From a virus, in the IMG/VR virus record IMGVR_UViG_3300036790_000396, positions 1 to 64,000 of that record: DNA of 64,000 bases. The stretch is one strand, 5' to 3'. The notes beneath the pieces are model-generated. The model was not told the DNA's origin and ran no database searches. It saw only the letters and a list, made by a program, of their open reading frames with translations. Positions 9,252 through 17,992 of the stretch are shown one piece after another. How positions within the stretch are numbered: the stretch's first letter is position 1; the number at the start of each line of letters is the position of its first letter. The position numbers were made by a program, and so were the translations under genes.

Positions 9252-9325
9252 GGGGAAGCCTCCTTGCGGGCTGACCAGCCCGGGACCGTTGGCGCGGTGC
9301 CCGGGCATTCTGATATTCCAGATTA
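9252..9325 (-). promoter_or_regulatory. HNH cassette leader copy 2: -10 box TAATCT, hairpin, sequestered RBS
   Basis: Near-identical to 5128-5190. Confidence 0.75.
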
Positions 9326-9414
9326 GCACGAGGAGATCGTTAGCCCGGAAGTAACGACAGCGCGGAACGGCAGCAAGAGCTACCGGCTGAATCGGACAAA
9401 GGAGGTGATTTGGA

Positions 9415-9956
9415 ATGGCAACTACTAATGTTCGCGTCGTGGGATCAGGGTACACAGTCCTCTCATATAACAACAAAGCTATCGCTTACTGCGAAGGCTG
9501 GGAGGACTCTGGACAAAGGGCCTTCTCAGACGCAGGACAGCCATTCCAGTTACTTAGTTCATCCAGCCTATTGGTGCCACATATCCGGTCGAAATCGCTA
9601 CCTCCCGCGTCCTGGCCGGGGGCACCCTCATGCTGACCATCCGCGAGCTGTGGAACCAGCCCGTGTGGTGGCAGCTGGCCGGCCTGGCAGGGACCTGGTC
9701 CATCGTCGACATCTTCGCGGCCCTGGCCGCCAACCCGCAGTACGTCACGGCGTCCCTGATCATCAAGCCGCCGGGCACCGAGAACACCCCGTCCGCCTGG
9801 CGCGGCAAGCTGTACCAGAACGTGACGGTAGTGGACATCAATGACGGGGACACGGTCACGGTAGGAGCCCTTGCTGTCACCAAGGGCATCACATGCGCGT
9901 ACACCAACTACCTGCCGTTGAACTCGAACCAGTACAGCGCACTCACAGGGCAATAA
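9415..9956 (+). CDS. Tail tube protein, frame broken by an 8-bp insertion at 9550-9557
   Basis: MATTNVRVVGSGYT...GQPFQ continues as FIQPIGATYPVEIATSRVLAGGTLMLTIRELWNQPVW... only if TTACTTAG is removed; position after sheath and size fit a tube protein. Confidence 0.75.
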
Positions 9957-9966
9957 AACGGATATA

Positions 9967-10000
9967 AGGAAGGCCCGCAGTATTTCCTGCGGGCCTTCCT
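9967..10000. terminator. Stem-loop terminator
   Basis: AGGAAGGCCCGCAG-TATTTC-CTGCGGGCCTTCCT, 14-bp perfect stem after the tube gene. Confidence 0.8.
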
Positions 10001-10117
10001 GCACTAGCTCAGCTCAGGGAAACGCTGACTGGTGCCAGAGCCCGGATCGCCGGCATCAGCCTGCTGCGCTGCCGAGCCCACGGAAGCAATAAGAGACCGC
10101 CTACCCCGGGGAGCCGC

Positions 10118-10465
10118 ATGAGCACGCCCGCACAGCCCGCCACTCCGACGCTGACCCTGTCCACCGACAAGCAGGTCTACGTCACCGGCGACACCCTCAC
10201 CCTCACCGCCGCCTATGCCGACGACGCCTCCAGCCCGGTCCAGCTGACCATCACGGCCACCGCGACCGACGCGTCCGGCAGCACCGTCAACGCGACCAGC
10301 CAGGTCACCGTCACCGAGTCGGCCCCGCAGCCGATGACCGTCACCGCGGCCGACTCCTTCGGCGACACCTACTCTCTGGTGTCCAACGACAGCGCGGGGA
10401 CCGCCGTCCTCACCGCCGTCGTCGGCACGCCCCCGGCCGCCCCGGCCCCTGCTCCCGCGAGCTGA
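10118..10465 (+). CDS. Ig-like virion decoration protein
   Basis: TLTLSTDKQVYVTGDTLTLTA; Thr-rich beta strands. Confidence 0.65.
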   Translation: MSTPAQPATPTLTLSTDKQVYVTGDTLTLTAAYADDASSPVQLTITATATDASGSTVNATSQVTVTESAPQPMTVTAADSFGDTYSLVSNDSAGTAVLTAVVGTPPAAPAPAPAS

Positions 10466-10779
10466 TGAGCGAGCTGACCATCACCGCGACCGCCACCGCG
10501 GCGGACGGCTCCCAGGCGGAGTCCTCCGTCACGGTGGAGGTCAGCGCGGCAGTCCCGGTGCTGGCCGCGCGGGAGGCGCGCAACCCTGACGTGCTCCTGC
10601 GGCCGGAGGGATACGCCGCGCTGCGCCCGGAGATGACGGCCGACCAGCCGCAGGCCCCCCTCTCCGGCCTGGAGTCCCCCAGCGGGATCACCGGGACAGG
10701 GGGCACCTTCTCGCCGCCCAGGGTCACGCAGGCCCGGCGGTCCCAGACCTACGCGAAATTCACGGGAGGATACCGGTGA
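10465..10779 (+). CDS. Hypothetical protein; N-terminus paralogous to the preceding Ig-like gene
   Basis: ELTITATATAADGSQAESSVTVEV vs QLTITATATDASGSTVNATSQVTV; TGATG coupling. Confidence 0.6.
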   Translation: MSELTITATATAADGSQAESSVTVEVSAAVPVLAAREARNPDVLLRPEGYAALRPEMTADQPQAPLSGLESPSGITGTGGTFSPPRVTQARRSQTYAKFTGGYR

Positions 10780-10964
10780 GCACGCCGCTTCACAGGGTCA
10801 GCGCCAAGACCGGCGTCGAAATCGAGGGAGCCGAGGCTGACCTGAAGGTCACCGTCCCCGAGCCCGGCACCGTCGCCTGCGAGCTTGCCGTCAACGGGCG
10901 CACGGTGAGGCTCCGCTTCCCTGCTGACGGCGACGTCGACGTGGACGTGCAGCCCGCCTCATGA
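10776..10964 (+). CDS. Small hypothetical protein
   Basis: GTGA/ATGA overlaps with both neighbours; GGAGG RBS. Confidence 0.6.
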   Translation: MSTPLHRVSAKTGVEIEGAEADLKVTVPEPGTVACELAVNGRTVRLRFPADGDVDVDVQPAS

Positions 10965-11560
10965 GCTTCCCCGCGCCGCCGCCCTTCGAGCCCGGCAGCC
11001 AGATGCCTCCCCCGCCGCCGGACCCGGTCCCCCTGGGCGACGCTGACGTGCCCGACGAGGGCCAGGCGATCGGCATCGGGGAAGCCGACCCGCGCTGGAA
11101 GATCGACTATCACGGGCTGCTGTTCACCGGCGCGCTGCGCGGGTACTTCCGCTACCTCGGGCACCGGATCGACATCCGGACGCTGCGCTCCAGCGACGAG
11201 CTGACCCTCGGCCTCCTCACCAGGGAGTACAGCGACACCGTCGCCTATGCCCGCGCGCACGCCCAGGGGATCGCCGCCCTCGCCGTGGAGGCCGTCGACG
11301 GGAAGCCGATGCCCGTCCCGCTCGGCGAGAACGGCGACAGCTACGCCTGGGCGCGGGACCGCTACGCCTACGCAGGCCGCTGGTACCCGTTCGTCATCGA
11401 CGCGATCTTCGAGCGCTACCTGGAGCTGGAGCAGCGCGCCCGCGCAGTGCTGGACGAGCTGGGAAAAGGTCCGGCCCGGACCGGGCCGCTGCAGACCCCT
11501 GGCTCGCCTTCACCGTCCGGTACGCCGGACGGCGGGGAATCTTCGCCCGTCCCTGCCTGA
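10961..11560 (+). CDS. Tail assembly chaperone (G form)
   Basis: Lies between tube and tape measure; slippery G-GGA-AAA at 11461-11467. Confidence 0.85.
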   Translation: MSFPAPPPFEPGSQMPPPPPDPVPLGDADVPDEGQAIGIGEADPRWKIDYHGLLFTGALRGYFRYLGHRIDIRTLRSSDELTLGLLTREYSDTVAYARAHAQGIAALAVEAVDGKPMPVPLGENGDSYAWARDRYAYAGRWYPFVIDAIFERYLELEQRARAVLDELGKGPARTGPLQTPGSPSPSGTPDGGESSPVPA

Positions 11561-11973
11561 ACGCCGTCCAGGAGGCGTCCCTGCACATCCTGATGTTCCT
11601 GGAAGGGCAGGACCGGCTGCGGGACCACTACTCCCGCGTTGCCTACGCCGCAGTGGCGGGCCGCTGGATGGAGCCGCGCGACGTCTGGCCCGACATCTTC
11701 CCCCGCGACGACGGAACCGGGAACGCGGTGCCGTCCGAGGGCGCGGACATGAGCCAGTTCACGTGGGAGCATCCCGCCGAGGACCGGGCTCAGGCGGAAC
11801 TGGAGCAGCTGCTTCGCGGCGCCAAGGTGACGATGCCCGCCGGGCCGGACCCGGCCGAGGGGATGGCACCCCCGCCGGTCCTGCCGCCGGCACCGCCCTC
11901 TCCTCCCGTTTCCCTGCGCCCGGACGCGCCGGTGGCACCGCTGCAGGACCCGAACGAGACCCAGTGGCTCTGA
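11461..11973 (+). CDS. Tail assembly chaperone -1 frameshift extension (GT form)
   Basis: The -1 frame from GGGAAAA is open (RSGPDRAAADPWLAFTVRYAGRRG...) into the 11593..11973 ORF. Confidence 0.85.
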   Translation, partial: GKRSGPDRAAADPWLAFTVRYAGRRGIFARPCLNAVQEASLHILMFLEGQDRLRDHYSRVAYAAVAGRWMEPRDVWPDIFPRDDGTGNAVPSEGADMSQFTWEHPAEDRAQAELEQLLRGAKVTMPAGPDPAEGMAPPPVLPPAPPSPPVSLRPDAPVAPLQDPNETQWL

Positions 11974-12014
11974 CGGGCCTCCCCGGAAGGTAAGACCAGG
12001 ACCGAGGAGGACCG

Positions 12015-14597
12015 ATGCCCCCGCAGCCGCCCAACCCGGGGACGGACCCGGGCGAGGATTTCGACCTCGCCTCCTCGTTCCAGGTGCTCATCCGCTCGAT
12101 CCAGTCCCTCGAAGGGGCGATTGCCAGCCAGTCCGGCATGATGCGCACGGTCTACGAGAGCCAGCGGCGGTTCTCCACCGGCGGCAAGAGCGGCGGCGAG
12201 TCGGCCGGCATGGCGGGCCTGATCAGCAGCCAGTACCAGCCCCGGATGCAGGAGAGCGTCCTGCGGCAGCTGTCCGCCCAGGGCGCGCTGCCTGCCGACA
12301 CCTCCGGCGGCATGCACGCCGTCAGCAAGATGAATGCCCTGGCGTCCATGCAGGGACTGCAGCGCTACGGGGCGCAGTACCTCGGGCAGATGATCGCCGG
12401 GGCGGGCAGCCCCCTGTACGAGCCGCAGAACAGCTCCCAGTCCGAGCAGGGCAGCCGGGGCGGTTCCAACTCCGGCGGCGGCACTCCGGGCGCGGGAGCC
12501 CCTCCCGGGAGCCGCCCGGCCGGTCCTACCGCGAGCGGCACCGGAGAGCCGGCTTCGGGCTGGCCCTCATCGCCGTTCAATGCGGGCGCGTTCCCGACGG
12601 CCTACAACACGACCGGTGCGGGGCGCGGCTACGGGCCGTCCCCGCTCGGTCCGCCGCCGGCACCGTCCGGGGGCTCCGGCAGTGCCCTTCCCCGTCGCGG
12701 CGGCGGCATCGTCATCCCTGCAGGCGGCATCCCGGTGCCCCCCATCGGGGGCGCGGGCGGCCAGGGGGGCGGCAGCGCCGGCGGGGGCATCCCCGCGGCC
12801 GGGGCAGGCGGAGGTCCCCGGGGGCGCCGCTGGAGCATGCAGGGCATCCGCGCGAACGTCGGGGCGCGGGTGGCGATGACCGGCGGCACGCTCGGCGGCC
12901 TGACGGGCGCGCTGAAGAAAGTCCCCGTCCTGGGCACCGCCGTCGACGCCGTGCAGGGCGGCGTGGACTTCTACCAGAACCAGCGGGAGGCCGGGCGCAC
13001 TTACCAGGAAGCCGAGGGCGGCTCGAATATCCAGGGTCAGGAGGAGCGGTACAACAGCCTCTTCTACCAGGCGCGGATGTTCGGGCGGCTGCCGTCGGGT
13101 GCCGCCGCCCAGGCGTTCGGCCAGGTGACGGCGATGGGCTACAACGACGCTGCGAATGACCAGGGCAACCAGCTCCAGAACCGCTCCAGCGCCCTGAACT
13201 TCGCCTACACCAACTACCAGCAGCAGGGCACGAGCATCCAGCAGTCAATGCAGATCCTGCAGACTGCGTCGCAGAATGCCGAGGTGTCCCTCACCCGCGT
13301 GTCCAGCGCGATGTCGACCCTGTCCAAGACCGCGGGCGAGGCCGGGACGAACGCCGAGCAGGCCCGGGATAATTTCAACAGCCTGCTGTCGGCCTCGATC
13401 TCATCAGGTGCCGGATCCTCCTCGCCGCAGCTGGCGGGGTCGATCGCCACGTACCAGGCGCAGCTCGGCAAGTCGTTCAGCGGCTCGAATTTCTCGTCCC
13501 TGGTGTCGCCGAACATGCAGTACATGATGGCCGGCGCCTACGGGATGGCGCCCTCGGCCGTGCAGTCCGTCATGACGTCCAACCCGCAGCAGTACAACCA
13601 GATGACGGCGTCGTTCGCCAAGCAGCAGATCAGCAACGTCCTGACCCCGCAGGAGACATCGGGACTGCAGCAGATGATCGCCGGTGCGGGAGGCTACGCG
13701 GCGCTGAACACCAACCCGAACCTGGCCCAGTCGGTATTCTCCCAGTTCCTGCAGAAGTACCAGGCGTCCAACCCGAACCTGGACACCAATGTGCTCGCGC
13801 AGCAGCTGTCCCAGTTCTCCGGCACCCAGCTCAACCAGAACACGGTCGGCACGTGGATCACCGACATGTATGCGGGCGTCAACCAGGCCGACACGGGGGC
13901 CGGGGGCAGCGCGCCGGGATCGAGCGTCTCCGCCTCGAAGCAGGCTCCCGCGTCGGCTCCCACCGGCAAGTACGGCCTCGCGGTGCCCGTCAAGCCGACG
14001 CTGGGCCCGAGTTTCAACAAGACCGGGCAGCCCCAGACTCCGGGCCAGTCGTGGCAGCAGGTGCTGCAGCGTTCCTCCGGGGGCTCGGCCGCAGCGGGCA
14101 ACTACCTCTCGCAGGTGAAGTCCAGCGGGCAGCGGAACCCGGTCCTGGAGAGCCTGATGCAGAACGTCAGCTCCAGCGACCAGGTGTCCGTGCAGACGTC
14201 GTCGGGCAGCCGCGTCATGAGCTTCGCCGACGCGATGAAGTACTACCCGTCCGAGCTGGAATCCGGCAACACGGACTTCTACAACTCCAAGGGCCAGTCC
14301 CTGGGAACCACCTCCCAGTTCACCAACGGCCTGGTGAACACCGCCAACGCCGCAGCGGTCACGGCGGAGGAGAAGCAGAAGCAGGGAACGAACGCCGGCG
14401 TCTCGATCACGGCGTGGGACAAGGCGCACCCGTCCACGACGGGCAGCGGCAGCGGAAGCGGCACCGGGCAGGCGTACACCCTGGGCCTGACGCAGGAAGC
14501 GTCGCAGCTCGTGAAGCTGATGCAGTCCCAGTCCGACACCGCAGCGGCCACGGGGACCCCTGCCGCGACGACGTACGTGGCCTCCCCGAGCCGCTAG
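12015..14597 (+). CDS. Tape measure protein
   Basis: 860 aa, Ala/Gly/Ser/Gln-rich, directly after the frameshifted chaperone. Confidence 0.8.
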   Translation: MPPQPPNPGTDPGEDFDLASSFQVLIRSIQSLEGAIASQSGMMRTVYESQRRFSTGGKSGGESAGMAGLISSQYQPRMQESVLRQLSAQGALPADTSGGMHAVSKMNALASMQGLQRYGAQYLGQMIAGAGSPLYEPQNSSQSEQGSRGGSNSGGGTPGAGAPPGSRPAGPTASGTGEPASGWPSSPFNAGAFPTAYNTTGAGRGYGPSPLGPPPAPSGGSGSALPRRGGGIVIPAGGIPVPPIGGAGGQGGGSAGGGIPAAGAGGGPRGRRWSMQGIRANVGARVAMTGGTLGGLTGALKKVPVLGTAVDAVQGGVDFYQNQREAGRTYQEAEGGSNIQGQEERYNSLFYQARMFGRLPSGAAAQAFGQVTAMGYNDAANDQGNQLQNRSSALNFAYTNYQQQGTSIQQSMQILQTASQNAEVSLTRVSSAMSTLSKTAGEAGTNAEQARDNFNSLLSASISSGAGSSSPQLAGSIATYQAQLGKSFSGSNFSSLVSPNMQYMMAGAYGMAPSAVQSVMTSNPQQYNQMTASFAKQQISNVLTPQETSGLQQMIAGAGGYAALNTNPNLAQSVFSQFLQKYQASNPNLDTNVLAQQLSQFSGTQLNQNTVGTWITDMYAGVNQADTGAGGSAPGSSVSASKQAPASAPTGKYGLAVPVKPTLGPSFNKTGQPQTPGQSWQQVLQRSSGGSAAAGNYLSQVKSSGQRNPVLESLMQNVSSSDQVSVQTSSGSRVMSFADAMKYYPSELESGNTDFYNSKGQSLGTTSQFTNGLVNTANAAAVTAEEKQKQGTNAGVSITAWDKAHPSTTGSGSGSGTGQAYTLGLTQEASQLVKLMQSQSDTAAATGTPAATTYVASPSR

Positions 14598-14736
14598 CTG
14601 TAGCGGGTTTCTTGAGTTTTTCGCTGACAAGGCCTTGACGGGCTTGCTAGCGTCCCTTCAGAAGGCGCTAAGGACATCAGCGCCGCGGCTTACTGCGCGG
14701 CGGTCCCCGGGCGCACACTCTGAGCATTGGACAGGC

Positions 14737-15537
14737 ATGTCTCGTGTCGCGAAGACCGTTTCCGTGATCACCGGCGCTGCCCTCTCGGCCGCCTCCTTCC
14801 TCTTCCCGGTCTTTTTCCCCTCAATCTTCTCCGCTGCCAGCGCGAGCACCGCCGTCCCGGCGCGCTCGGCCCGCACCACCCAGGATTTCCCGGCCATCCC
14901 GGCCGCTCCCTCTTACGTCTCGCACACGGCGAAGGCCGTCACCACGGCGAAGACGGCGAAGGCCGTCAAGGCGCCCTACACCTCAGTCGAGGTCCGCAGC
15001 GGCGACACCCTGACGAAGATCTCCGAGGCGGCCTACGGGACCGCCGGCGACTGGGGCAACGTCTGGGACGCCAACAAGTCCGAGATCAGCGATCCCGACC
15101 TGATCTACCCCGGCCAGTCCCTGGAGATCCCGGCGGACCCGCAGGATTACCCGGCGCCCTCGTATTCCCCTCCCGCGCCGGCTCCGGCTCCCGTCCAGCA
15201 GGCCGCTCCGGCTGCTGCCCCCGCCGCTGCCGCGAGCACCGACTCCTCTTCCTCTCAGGGGACTTCCTCGTCCTACGGCTCGTCCCCGGTGTCCTACTCG
15301 GGTGACAGCAGCTTCCAGCAGTGCGTGATCTCCCATGAGTCCGGCGGCAATGCGGACATCTGGAACGCATCGGGGCATTGGGGACTTTACCAGTTCTCCG
15401 CGAGCACCTGGGCCGCGTACGGCGGCAGCCCCTCCGACTTCGGGAACGCGAGCGCCGCGGAGCAGACTCAGGTCTTCGACAACGCGATGGCCACCGCCGG
15501 GGGTGCCGATAACTGGTCACCGTACGATGGATGCTAG
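14737..15537 (+). CDS. Secreted LysM + Rpf-like (resuscitation-promoting factor) transglycosylase
   Basis: Signal-peptide-like N-terminus; LysM VEVRSGDTLTKIS...NKSEISDPDLIYPGQSL; Rpf-type CVISHESGGN...GLYQFSASTWAAYGG...AAEQ...NW...C. Confidence 0.88.
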   Translation: MSRVAKTVSVITGAALSAASFLFPVFFPSIFSAASASTAVPARSARTTQDFPAIPAAPSYVSHTAKAVTTAKTAKAVKAPYTSVEVRSGDTLTKISEAAYGTAGDWGNVWDANKSEISDPDLIYPGQSLEIPADPQDYPAPSYSPPAPAPAPVQQAAPAAAPAAAASTDSSSSQGTSSSYGSSPVSYSGDSSFQQCVISHESGGNADIWNASGHWGLYQFSASTWAAYGGSPSDFGNASAAEQTQVFDNAMATAGGADNWSPYDGC

Positions 15538-15588
15538 GCGTTTTAGTCTTTCGATGAAATAAGGCTTCCGCTGCGCTAACATGGTTGC

Positions 15589-16146
15589 ATGAGGGCACAG
15601 CGGAAGCCTCCTCCTATCGTCGGCGAGAAGTTCGGGCGCTGGACGGTAACGGGGGAAGTCACTCATTCATTCGTCGGCGGCCAGGCTCGCCAGGCAGTTC
15701 TGTGCCAGTGTGAATGCGGAACCGAACGTATTGTCCTGGTCCAGACTCTCCGGCGCAGTGACCGCGGGAACCTGAGCTGCGGCTGCTGGAAACGTGAGCA
15801 GACCGCTACGCTTGTGTCTCGCACAAGATGGGCTGATTCTCACGGGCATGCGGCTAACGGGAAAGATGAGCTGTACCGTCTGTGGAGAAATGTCAATCGT
15901 CGCTGCCATAACCCGAAAGCTCACAATTACCGCTGGTACGGTGCTCGCGGAGTTCAGGTCTTCGGGGAGTGGCGCAAGGATTCCGGAGCCTTTATCCGCT
16001 ACATAGAACAGGCTCTGGGGCCGCGCCCGGACGGACGCTCTCTCGATCGCATCGACAGTGAGGGCGACTACGAGCCCGGGAACCTGAAGTGGTCCACGGC
16101 TGCGGAGCAGGCAGCCAATCGCAGGCCCCGTCAGCCCGGGGAATGA
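15589..16146 (+). CDS. HNH-type endonuclease-like protein, probably leaderless
   Basis: KFGRWTV..CQCECG..SCGC..YGARGVQV..LDRIDSEGDYEPGNLKW; -10 box TAACAT 6 nt before the ATG, no RBS. Confidence 0.85.
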   Translation: MRAQRKPPPIVGEKFGRWTVTGEVTHSFVGGQARQAVLCQCECGTERIVLVQTLRRSDRGNLSCGCWKREQTATLVSRTRWADSHGHAANGKDELYRLWRNVNRRCHNPKAHNYRWYGARGVQVFGEWRKDSGAFIRYIEQALGPRPDGRSLDRIDSEGDYEPGNLKWSTAAEQAANRRPRQPGE

Positions 16147-16181
16147 GAGAGGCCCCGCAGGAGACGTCTGGCGGGGCCTCT
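16147..16181. terminator. Bidirectional terminator between convergent genes
   Basis: AGAGGCCCCGC...GCGGGGCCTCT stem. Confidence 0.7.
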
Positions 16182-16303
16182 TCCGTTCGCCCTACTTGCC
16201 CTTCGGCTTCTCGTGCGCTCCTCCGCCCTGGCTGGGCTTGGAGTCGGCCGCGCCGGGCTTGGCGTGAGATCCCATGACGATCACCTCCTCTCTCACGGTC
16301 TTC

Positions 16304-16969
16304 CTAGAAGTGCGACGGGTGCCTGTGCCGCTGCACCTCGTCGTACCGGGCCTTCAGCACGACGTCCTCCATGTGGCGGTGCCGCATTTCCCTCTCGGCG
16401 ATGTACCCGGCCCAGGCCGCCGCAGCCTCGGCTGCCTCCACCCTGGCGCGCTCCTCAGGAGACAGGCTGGCCAGCCAGCGGCTGTGCTCCTCGCCGCCGA
16501 CCGTCGCCTCGCGGGCGATGATCCCGATCCACATGAGCAGCGGGACGGCGATCAGGAATCCTGCGGCCCCGAGCTGCATGTGCGCCAGCAGGATGGCGGC
16601 GCCTGTCAGCGACAGGAGCGTGCCGCCCGCGCACCACGCCACGGCCTTCCCGGTGATGTGCCGCTCGCGGGCCGACCCGTCGGGCCACCGGTCTGCGGGA
16701 ACGTCCGCGGTGATCGCGGGAGCGTCCTGCTCCGGCTCGGGAGGCGGGGCGATCCCGGCGGCGGCCAGTGCCTCCTCGTACGGGCTGTACCACGCGGCCA
16801 GCGGCTCGATCGCGAACATCGACGGGGTGCCGTCGTACAGCAGGCGCGCGCAGAGGTGGCAGCAGGCCAGCCTGGCACCGGAAGGGCACGCCACCGTCAC
16901 CATGGCCTGCGCTCCGTACGGGCAGGCCCAGCCGCCCTCTCCGCTTCCCTGGCACATCATGAGGTTCAT
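16304..16969 (-). CDS. Membrane protein with N-terminal Cys-rich region
   Basis: AAGGAG RBS; two hydrophobic helices; own sigma70-like promoter. Confidence 0.75.
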   Translation of the reverse strand: MNLMMCQGSGEGGWACPYGAQAMVTVACPSGARLACCHLCARLLYDGTPSMFAIEPLAAWYSPYEEALAAAGIAPPPEPEQDAPAITADVPADRWPDGSARERHITGKAVAWCAGGTLLSLTGAAILLAHMQLGAAGFLIAVPLLMWIGIIAREATVGGEEHSRWLASLSPEERARVEAAEAAAAWAGYIAEREMRHRHMEDVVLKARYDEVQRHRHPSHF

Positions 16970-16992
16970 GACCGTCTCCTTCTCTTGCCTCC

Positions 16993-17020
16993 ACTATACC
17001 AAGGTTTATTGGTATTTCAA
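16993..17020 (-). promoter_or_regulatory. Sigma70-type promoter TTGAAA-N16-TATAGT with embedded palindromic operator
   Basis: Operator ATACCAAGGTTTATTGGTAT (16996-17015) is identical to 38047-38066. Confidence 0.75.
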
Positions 17021-17061
17021 GTGGACCCCGGAAGCATGGGAGACAAGGCGGGAGGTGAGGC

Positions 17062-17751
17062 ATGGGCACTGCTACCCTCGGGTACGATGGCGGACCACTT
17101 ATTACATTCAGGATCGACCCGGACAATATATCGTGGAACTTCCAAATACTAACAAATGTGATAGATACGATCGGCGGCCGGGTCGTCCAGATCATCGGCT
17201 CCCAGCTGCAGGACATGACCGTCACCGGCAGCTTCGGCCAGGATCACACCACTGCCCAGGGCGAGAGCTGGCGACAGGCTGAAGCCTTCCTGCAGCTCAT
17301 GACCAAGATCATGAACCAGCAGTCGGCGGACGCCACCAGCCAGGCTGCCATGCAGACGCCGCCCGTGTTCAGCTACCCGCCCCGGGGCTGGCGTTTCCAG
17401 GTGTACGTGAAGGATTTCTCCGATGCCGGCATGCCGGGAACGTCGATCCGCATGTCCCCCGGGATTTTCAACCAGCGCTGGATGCTGACGCTGTTCATCG
17501 TCCAGGACGCGAGCACCACCCTGGTCAAGGCCGGGGAATCCAGCGGCGTCGTCAACCAGCAGGCCGCAGCGGCGATTGCCGCCTACATGGCCCGGATCTC
17601 CGATGGCTTCGGCTGGAGCTACTCCCAGTACGTCTCCGTCAGCCCGCAGGGCATCAGCCAGTCGTCTCCGCAGCCGGCCGCCGCCCCGTCCCCGTCCGCT
17701 TCCACCGGGGCCGTCGCCACCGGCACCGGCAGGAACATCATCCCCGGCTGA
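17062..17751 (+). CDS. Tail/baseplate protein (tube-initiator-like)
   Basis: FRIDPDNISW...DTIGGRVVQI...MTVTGSFG; follows the tape measure region; preceded by CCCCGGAAG. Confidence 0.7.
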   Translation: MGTATLGYDGGPLITFRIDPDNISWNFQILTNVIDTIGGRVVQIIGSQLQDMTVTGSFGQDHTTAQGESWRQAEAFLQLMTKIMNQQSADATSQAAMQTPPVFSYPPRGWRFQVYVKDFSDAGMPGTSIRMSPGIFNQRWMLTLFIVQDASTTLVKAGESSGVVNQQAAAAIAAYMARISDGFGWSYSQYVSVSPQGISQSSPQPAAAPSPSASTGAVATGTGRNIIPG

Positions 17752-17763
17752 GAGAGGCCCCTC

Positions 17764-17991
17764 ATGTCCAACCCGGTTCCCAAGCCCGTATGGGGTGCTG
17801 ACTGCCCCGTCTCGATGCCGCTGCCCGTTCCCCAGTCCGAGACGAAGCTCGTCGGGATGCACGGATTCTCGATGACGCAGTACAGGATGGTGCATGACAT
17901 CACCCAGGCCGAGTACGAGGGCCTCGCCGTGCCCGTCTACTCTCCCGTGAACCCCGGCGCGCAGGTGGCCGGCGACGTGAACGTGAGCTGA
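17764..17991 (+). CDS. Small hypothetical virion protein
   Basis: GAGG RBS; fills the operon gap. Confidence 0.6.
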   Translation: MSNPVPKPVWGADCPVSMPLPVPQSETKLVGMHGFSMTQYRMVHDITQAEYEGLAVPVYSPVNPGAQVAGDVNVS

Positions 17992-17992
17992 C

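Noticed and set aside
11461-11467. -1 frameshift in the tail chaperone as a novelty
   Set aside because: Real, but a well-known conserved feature of tailed phages; listed under features.
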